64,000 bases of DNA from Octopus vulgaris (lineage: Eukaryota): positions 35,340,001 to 35,404,000 of the forward strand of contig OX597830.1 in the NCBI GenBank assembly GCA_951406725.2, written 5' to 3'. Every line of letters begins with the position of its first letter. Position 1 is the stretch's first letter. Made by a program: the position numbers and the translations under genes. Below, in pieces: positions 56,559 to 64,000 of this stretch. The notes below the pieces were generated by a model. The model was given only the letters and a program-made list of their open reading frames with translations, made no database searches and was not told the origin of the DNA.

Positions 56559-56925
56559 GGTTTTTTATTCTTTAAATTTAATTTAAGTTCTTCTTGGGAG
56601 AGTTCAAGCCGATTGCTAACAAAGCAACGAGACGTTTTGAGTTAAAAGCGTTCTCGGTGTTTGTAAATACGGGGTTGAGTTGGTGTGTTGGTTGAAATGT
56701 CGATACATACACCCAAGTGTATGCATCTTTTTACATAAGGATCTTATATAGAGAATTTCTAGAATGTCTTACATGTCTTCACTGTGCCACTAATAGGTTG
56801 GATTCGAAGAATCCGCATCTGTCTCTTTTCCTCCTTTTCCGCGAAACCAATTGTTTCTAGGTTTCTGTGCAAATTCGTTGGTACATAATCTAATGCACCT
56901 ATGATGATAGGTGCAAATGAGAATA
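56559..56925 (-). mobile_element. 5'-truncated RLE-type LINE C-terminus plus 3' UTR, in a (CATA)n-like tract
   Basis: SFAPIIIGALDYVPTNLHRNLETIGFAEKEEKRQMRILRIQPISGTVKTCKTF* (stop 56759-56761) matches the RLE tail PIxIGALG.VP..L...L...GTxxI; both flanks are CATA/TACA-rich. Confidence 0.75.
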
Positions 56926-57065
56926 TATGTATGTATATATGTGTGTATGTGTATGTACGTGTGTGCAAGCGCGTGTGTTAGTGTTGTGTATAGCTATGTA
57001 TAGCTATGATATTCAAGATGTTGGAAATGTATTTTCAATATATATCTAGTGCTATAGAAACGATA

Positions 57066-57427
57066 GTGGCACTCCGTCGGTTGCGACGACGAGGTTCCAG
57101 TTGATCCGACCAACGGAACAGCCTGCTCGTCAAATTAACATGCAAGTGGCAGAGCACTCCACACACAAGTGTACCCTTAATGTAATTCTTGGGGAGATTC
57201 AGCGTGACACAGTGTGACAAGGCTGGCCCTTTGAAATACAGTTACAACAGAAACAGGAAGAAATATTGAGAGAATGTTGTGATGAAAGAGTACAGCAGAG
57301 TCCACCACCAACACCTGCCGGAGATTCGTGTTTTCGCTCAATAAAGACTCAATGCCCGGTATGGGAATCGAAACTGCGATCCTATGACCGCGAGTCCGCT
57401 GCCCTAACCACTGGGCCATTGCGCCTC
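57066..57427 (-). mobile_element. tRNA-derived SINE, head H1 + tail T2
   Basis: Head nearly identical to 21056; tail shared with 58967-59145. Confidence 0.9.
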
Positions 57428-57587
57428 TACAACGTTGAATTGAAAGTATATGATCTACGTTACTGATGTCATAAGCACTTTATAAACTTTGGAGAGAACC
57501 TGAAATAATTCTGTTTTGGGAATAATAGCTCTCGAAACACGTCACATATAGCTATGAAAATCAGCCTGTGAATATTGCTAGTTCAGA

Positions 57588-57964
57588 GCATAGAGGGGAC
57601 AAACAAGGACAGACAAACGGATTAAGTCGATTACATCGACCCCAGTGCATAACTGGTACTTAATTTATCGACCACGAAAGGATGAAAGGCAAAGTCGACC
57701 TCGGCAGAATTTGAACTCAGAACGTAACGGCAGACGAAATACCTATTTCTTTATTACCCACAAGGGGCTAAACACAGAGAGGACAGACAAGGACAGACAA
57801 AGGGATTAAGTCGATTACATCGACCCCAGTGCATAACTGGTACTTGATTTATCGACCACGAAAGGATGAAAGGCAAAGTCGACCTCGGCAGAATTTAAAC
57901 TCAGAACGTAGCGGCAGACGAAATACCGCTAAGCATTTCGCCCGGCGTGCTAACGTTTCTGCCA
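57588..57964 (-). mobile_element. Family B SINE with head-to-tail partial tandem duplication
   Basis: 57588-57742 and 57776-57927 are near-identical, including the shared variant atcgaccacgaaagg. Confidence 0.92.
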
Positions 57965-58271
57965 AGTAGCTGAGTTAGTTTCCGCGTGGCAGATGGAAAT
58001 GGATATACATTGTAGACAAGATTTTAATATTGAGGAAAATTTTAAATTTTTATTAATAGTATCTCATCTCAAGCATAGTGAAACGTCTGTTGTACCATCA
58101 TCGATAAATACTGTTATTGTTCTGACAACACTGAGAGCCTTGGACTACAATATAAAGACACTCGCGAAATCTGACGGCTCGGCAGGCCAAGCGATTACGA
58201 GGAAGCTCATTGTCATAGCGATGGATTGTGGTAGTGGTGGCGACGGCGGTGATAGTCATTGCTGTTGTTGA

Positions 58272-58280
58272 TGGTGATGA

Positions 58281-58314
<34 letters not shown>

Positions 58315-58805
58315 GGTGGTGGTGGTGGTGGTGGTGGTGGTGGTGATGATGTTGATGATGATGATGATGATGATGATGTCATTGAGGAGGAGGAAGAGGA
58401 GAAGGAAGGGGAGGAGGAAGGGGAGAAGAGGAAAAGGAGAAAGAAGAAGAGAAGGAAGATATGGAGGAGGAGGAAGAGGGTGGGAAGATGGGGAGAAAGA
58501 GGTGGAGGAGGACGAGGTGGAGGAGGAAGAGTTGGAGGAAGAAGAGGTGGAGGAGGTGGAGGAAGAGGTGGAGGAGGAAGAGGTGGAGGAGGTGGAGGAA
58601 GAGGTGGAGGAGGTGGAGGAAGAGGTGGAGGAGGTGGAGGAAGAGGTGGAGGAGGTGGAGGAAGAAGTGGAGGAGGTGGAGGAAGATGTGGGTGGAGGAA
58701 GAGGGGGAGGAGGAAGAGGTGAGGGAGGAACAGGAGGAAGAGGTGGAGGAGGAAGATGTGGGGGAAGAAGAGGGGGAAGAGGAAGTGGAGATGGAGGAAG
58801 CGGGA
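58272..58805. repeat. (GAT)n/(GGT)n microsatellite followed by purine-rich 21-bp minisatellite (GGAGGAAGAGGTGGAGGAGGT)n
   Basis: Directly visible; all frames open only because of base composition. Confidence 0.9.
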
Positions 58806-58966
58806 GTGGTGGGTCATCACGATATGACGACAACAGTGACGACAAATAAGACGAAAGATATGAGTGTGATGTTGACTACAATTGAAATGATACTTTTCAT
58901 GATGTCGATGATGATGACGATGATATTGGTGGTCTTATTAAAGGTGATGGTAATAATAGAAATATC

Positions 58967-59287
58967 TAGCACTCCGTCGGTTACGACGACGAGAATTCCA
59001 GTTGATCCGATCAACAGAACAACCTGCACGTGAAAGAAACGCACAAGTGGCTGAGCGCTCTGCAGATACGTGTACCCTTAACGTAGTTCTCAGAGATATT
59101 TAGTAACACAGGGTGTGACGAGGCTGGGCTCTTTGAAATACAGGTACTACTTAATTTTTGCCAGGTGAGTGGACTGGAGCAATGTGAAGTAAAGTGCCTT
59201 GTTCAAGGACACAACGCGCCGCCGGGAATCGAACTCACGACCTTACGATCGTGAGCCGAATGCCCTAATCACTAAAGCGCGCGCCCT
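58967..59287 (-). mobile_element. tRNA-derived SINE, head H2 + tail T2
   Basis: Minus strand gtgagttcgattcccggc...ccttgaacaaggcactttacttcacattgctccagtccactca; tail as 57066-57245. Confidence 0.88.
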
Positions 59288-59677
59288 TCTCTTGATGAAT
59301 AGGAATAAACATGATGGGGCTCGTGATGAAGATTACACTGATAACGATTGTGATCAATGTTGATCCTGATCTTGATGACGTTAAAGAACCTGATTAAAAT
59401 CAACGATTACACGGAGGCAAGATGAATGTTCTCGTTTATTTTCATACTAAAGAAAAACACAATGACCTTCCATGATTTACAGGACAATCAGCTCTTTAGA
59501 ACATCGTTCCAGCTCCTACTATAAACAAATCGGTGTTTATTTCGGCCCCAGACTTCAGACCACCTTCCAGCGTAGAATAAGCACCGGATGTTCTGATAAT
59601 GTTATATTTGAGAAACCGAGGAAAATATCTATCGACAACTATTTGGAAACTTGCATCTTCTCTTAGAAATTATAAAT

Positions 59678-59930
59678 CGGTGGTTCTCAACAATTTTATA
59701 CCTATGGGCCCCTTCTGGTTCCTGTTTCACTAGGGCGTGGCCTCTTCATAATCGTCCGATCTATAAAAACTCTTATTATATTCTTATGATAAAACATTAT
59801 TAGGAATTTGTATTAAAATATGTTTTAAATAATTTGTTTTGTAAAAGAATAAGTGATATAGTGCTCATAAATTTTAACAACAAAATTTTATGTGGACAAA
59901 GGCCACATGGACCCCTGCTGAGAACCATTG
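59678..59930 (+). mobile_element. hAT-type MITE
   Basis: Termini cggtggttctcaac / gctgagaaccattg; same family as 13711-14268; no clear TSD. Confidence 0.65.
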
Positions 59931-59997
59931 ATTTTACATCAACAATTATTGGTTTTGTCAGTAAATTCTTATGGATTTATGAACATAAGCACAGTAA

Positions 59998-60440
59998 TGG
60001 CTGTGTGGTAAGAAGCTTCCTTCCCAACCACATGGTTCTGGGTTCAGTCCCACTTAGTGGCACCTTGGGTAAGTGTCTTCTACTACAGCATCGGGCAGAC
60101 CAAAGTCTTGTGAGTGGATTTGGTAGACGGATACTGGAAGAAGACCGTCGTATATATATCGTTGGAATTTATATAAAAAAAAGACGAAGACGTGTGTGTA
60201 AACAACAAACAGATATATTAGTTTAACGCTCAGGAAGTGAGAAAGTCTTTTACGTTTCGAGCCTACGTTCTTCAACAGAAAGGTACGCAGAAATAAACAG
60301 AGAGAGAAAATAAAAAGAGCCAAATTAAAAACGTTTAGAGGCTAGCGATCAATCATGGAGAAATATTTATAGGTATGTATTTGTGTGTCTGAGTTTGTCC
60401 CTCCCCACCCCCACATCAATTGACAACCGATGCTGGTGTG
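59998..60440 (+). mobile_element. Family A SINE interrupted in its internal (TA) tract by a family H element
   Basis: 5' half 59998-60158; resumes near 60375 (gtgtctgagtttgtccc...ttgacaaccgatgctggtgtg). Confidence 0.85.
60160..60360 (-). mobile_element. Penelope-like non-autonomous repeat (family H) with hammerhead-like motif, core CUGUUGA
   Basis: Minus strand 60282-60247: CUUU-CUGUUGA-A-GAAC(GUAG)GCUC-GAAA-C-GUA-AAAG. Confidence 0.65.
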
Positions 60441-60488
60441 AGGATACACAAACACACACACACATACACACACGTATATACATACATC

Positions 60489-60814
60489 CAACGGCGGACT
60501 GGCCAGGTTGCCATTTTGCCCGATGTCAAGTGGGCCCCTGCGCCATTAGAATCCATATATGGGTCCCATGTTAGTATCAAGTTTGAGAATTTTTTTATTC
60601 ACTCCTGGAAAAATGCATTAATTATTTCAGCCTGTTTTTCTTTGTAGACAGTTGAAAGGAAAACTTTTAACAAAAAAAAATAAATAATTAATTAAATGAT
60701 AGCATTGTAGTTGCGGGTGGGCCCCTCTGTAGTTGCGGGTGGGCCACTTTGTAGTTGCCGGTGGGCCACCTTAGTCTCCTGGCCACCAATATTTTTAGAC
60801 CCAGTCCGCCACTG
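60489..60814. mobile_element. hAT-superfamily MITE with 8-bp TSD
   Basis: TIRs caacggcggactgg / ccagtccgccactg; perfect TSD catacatc at 60481-60488 and 60815-60822; three subterminal tgtagttgc(g/c)ggtgggcc repeats. Confidence 0.92.
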
Positions 60815-61178
60815 CATACATCTAATCATAGAGAGTCCTCTGTACTTTACAGAAGAATGTTATTAAGAATATGTCATTGCCAGAAAAGAAAAATGAAACG
60901 TTGTTTGTTGCGTGAATTTAGCGATTTCTTCCCTTTTGAGGCTACTTGTCAAGATATAACGCTGTATGTTACGTGTATTACTGCTTTCCATTCGTTATTG
61001 CTGGGTAAGTGAAAACCGTCAACACTAACGACCTAAAACCATCATTATTAACAACTCTATCAATACCATCACTACTACTGCCATCACCAAAACCGTCAGC
61101 CTAAACGAATCTATCACTATCACTACTACAACCAAAACCCACAACCACCACTACCACAACCACCAACACCAACAAGCT

Positions 61179-61625
61179 AAAATCAAAATGCTTCTAACTT
61201 CAGATCTATCATTTCTCCCAACTAAAAATATTTTAGTTTATTTATCCAACAGTAAAAAAAAACGGGCCTCAGTCGATTTCGACGATCAGTTTTCCAGTTA
61301 TTCGATTAACTAGGCTATCGCTACTTGAGTAGGTGCGTGAGTAATCCTTAGACCCTTGTACCCTTAAATGAAATCTGGGATAGAATCAGGACCTTTAAAT
61401 CAAAATACTTCTAACTTCAGATCTATCAATTCTCCCAAAGTCTTTTAGTACTACTACTTATCCAGCAGTAAAAGGAAACGGTTCTACGTCGATTTCGACG
61501 ATGAGTTTTTCAAGTATTTGATCGACTGAACTATCCCTACTTGAGTAGGTGACTGAAAAATTCGCAGTGTACCCCTAATTTAAATCTGGGGTAGAATCAG
61601 GGCGCACATTGTATGATATGGTCAA
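61179..61625. repeat. ~217-bp tandem duplication containing a decayed T2 SINE tail
   Basis: aaatcaaaat.cttctaacttcagatctatca...gtcgatttcgacgat...ctacttgagtaggtg...aaatctggg.tagaatcagg occurs twice. Confidence 0.8.
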
Positions 61626-61637
61626 ACCTACAAAATA

Positions 61638-61988
61638 TGGGCGGTACTCCAGCATAGCCGCATTCAAATGACTAATAGAAATAAAAGAATATATATACAC
61701 ACACACAGATATTGATGCATACACACAAACACATACAAACATACATGCATGCATACATACATATATCATACGCACGTACATTATCCATACAAACATACGT
61801 ACTTACATATATATACATACATGCATGCATACACACAGACATACGTACATATCTACATACATACGTACATACATACATTCATACGTACGTACGCACGTAC
61901 ATATATAGTTCGTACATGCATACATACATATATACATACATACATACATACATACGTACATACGTACATACATACGTACATACATGAA

Positions 61989-62021
<33 letters not shown>

Positions 62022-62217
62022 GAATACATACATACATGAATACATACATACGAAAGGCTTTCGTACAGTTTCCGTATCTCAAATTTACAAGACGATGCTT
62101 GGTCCGCGTCTACTTTAGAAGGCAGTCGCCCAATGTGCCACGCAGTGGGACTGAACCCGGAACTACGCAGTTACCAAATTACCAAATGAGATTCTTCAGC
62201 ACACAGCCATGGCTGCG
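61638..62217. mobile_element. Family A SINE fragments (3' piece on + at 61638-61690; 5' piece on - at 62052-62217) separated by (CATA)n
   Basis: ggcggtactccagcatagccgcattcaaatgact; gtgccacgcagtgggactgaacccggaac...cacacagcca. Confidence 0.75.
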
Positions 62218-62253
62218 AATGCTAAATGATTTTTTGTATTACTATCTCCAACA

Positions 62254-62254
<1 letters not shown>

Positions 62255-62305
<51 letters not shown>

Positions 62306-62594
62306 GCCACAACCATACCACCACCGCCACCACCACTACTACCACCACCACCACCACCACTACCACCACCACTACCACTACCGCCACTACTACCGCCACT
62401 CTACCGCCACTACCACTACCACCACCACCACTACCAGCACCACCACAAATAATACTACTCCTACTGTTGCTACTACTACTACGTTATCATTAATATTACT
62501 ACCACCACCAAGCCCTATTCATTAATGTACGGCTATCATCAACACCGCTACATAATCATTAATACTAATACAACCACTCCTACGTTAACATTAA

Positions 62595-62648
<54 letters not shown>

Positions 62649-62650
62649 CA
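62255..62650. repeat. (CTA)n/(CCA)n microsatellites
   Basis: Directly visible. Confidence 0.93.
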
Positions 62651-63307
62651 GCCCTAATATTATCTTCAACTTTCACTTTCACTTTCAGAAGGGTTTTTTT
62701 TCTTTTTCTTTATTTCTTTCTTCTATTTATTTCATTTTCAGTGTGACCCTTTGTTTGTTTTTGTTCACAGCATTGTCTCTGTGACAACAATGTCTGCTTG
62801 CCACACAACAACAGAACGATGACAATATGGCGGTAACATCGATAGTTAAGAGAAAGAGAGGGTGGGAGTGGGGAAGGGTGGGCAATGTGTGTGATGGGAT
62901 GGTAGTGAAGGGGTGTCGAGCGAAGTCGGTTGTTAATATTAAAAAAAAAATGTAAGGGAAGAGAAGAAGAGAGAGAAAGAAAAAGGACATGAGATGAGTG
63001 TTGTGAGGGAGAGAGTATTTTTACATAAAAATTAGAAGGAAAATAGAGAGAGGTGTGTGTAAGGGGTAGCGGGAGGTGCAAAAATGGCGGGGTGAGAAGA
63101 AGACCAGTGCGTTATTAATAGAAAGAGAAGCGAAGACAAAGACAAAATATAATAGTGAGAGAGAGAGAGACGGTAATTAGTGTATCTGCTAGGAAGTGAG
63201 GTGCACAGTAGGTGTGTGCGTGTGTGTGTGCATGTGTAAACATGTATGTTTTTACTGATGTATAGATAAATATACACGCAGACACTCACACATATATATA
63301 TTTGAGT

Positions 63308-63515
<208 letters not shown>

Positions 63516-64000
63516 AGACAGAGATATAGACGAGGGTGGGAGCGGAAGCGATCTTGGATGGTGTTAAGTGTAGATATGAAGGATGGAAGAATAACTGGGC
63601 TTTTAATAAAAAAAATGTAGGAGACAAAGGAGAGAGGAAGAGAGTGAGAGAGAGAGAGAGAGAGCGGAGAGAGAGAGATATATAAACAATGAGAAAGTTA
63701 AACAATGAGGGAGATATGCGAGTCTACGGTATAAAAACAGTTAATGAAAGATGGAAGAAAATTGCTGAGTAAGTGTGGTAAAACAACACAGTGTGTGTAT
63801 GTGTGTGAGGGAGAGAGAGGGAGTGAAAAAAATAGACAGGCAGACAAGCAGACAGCCAGTCAGACAGATGTGTGAACTCTGGTGTGTGTGAACCATGGCA
63901 TGTAGTATTTGGAGCGAGGACATAAATGAGAGAGAACAATATAAAGGGCAATATGATAATACCCCAAGGGTATAATTGAACTATATACATATATATATAT

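Noticed and set aside
58098-59033. Glu-rich, Gly/Arg-rich and Pro-rich ORFs
   Set aside because: All frames are open because the repeat lacks stop codons; no splice signals or unique coding flanks.
59529-59560. GVYFGPRLQ resembling the WFGPELQ motif of the Tx1 fragment
   Set aside because: Too short; downstream sequence does not continue the match.

Overview
Eukaryotic, AT-rich, extremely microsatellite-dense non-coding DNA (intergenic or deep intronic). No host protein-coding exon could be supported; almost all ORFs in the supplied track are translations of (TA)n, (CA)n, (CATA)n, (GATA)n, (AAT)n or (CAT)n tracts. The repeat landscape strongly suggests a coleoid cephalopod, most likely Octopus (inference from remembered SINE sequences, not checked against a database). 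The window holds about 30 copies of several tRNA-derived SINE families, whose head and tail modules are shuffled between copies. It also holds a decayed Penelope-like element (RT plus GIY-YIG), two 3' fragments of restriction-like-endonuclease (RLE) LINEs inserted in (AAT)n and (CATA)n tracts, Tx1/L1-like and RTE-like fragments, a Tc1 transposase fossil, Tc1 and hAT MITEs and a non-autonomous Helitron. The most interesting signal is a set of minimal type I hammerhead ribozyme motifs, some with recurrent non-canonical cores (CCGACGA, CUGUNGA). One sits in a tRNA-headed SINE-like element that also has an inverted Penelope-style terminus and an internal (AAT)n tract, and that tract has captured three further insertions. 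All identifications were made by eye; no alignment, folding or database search was run.
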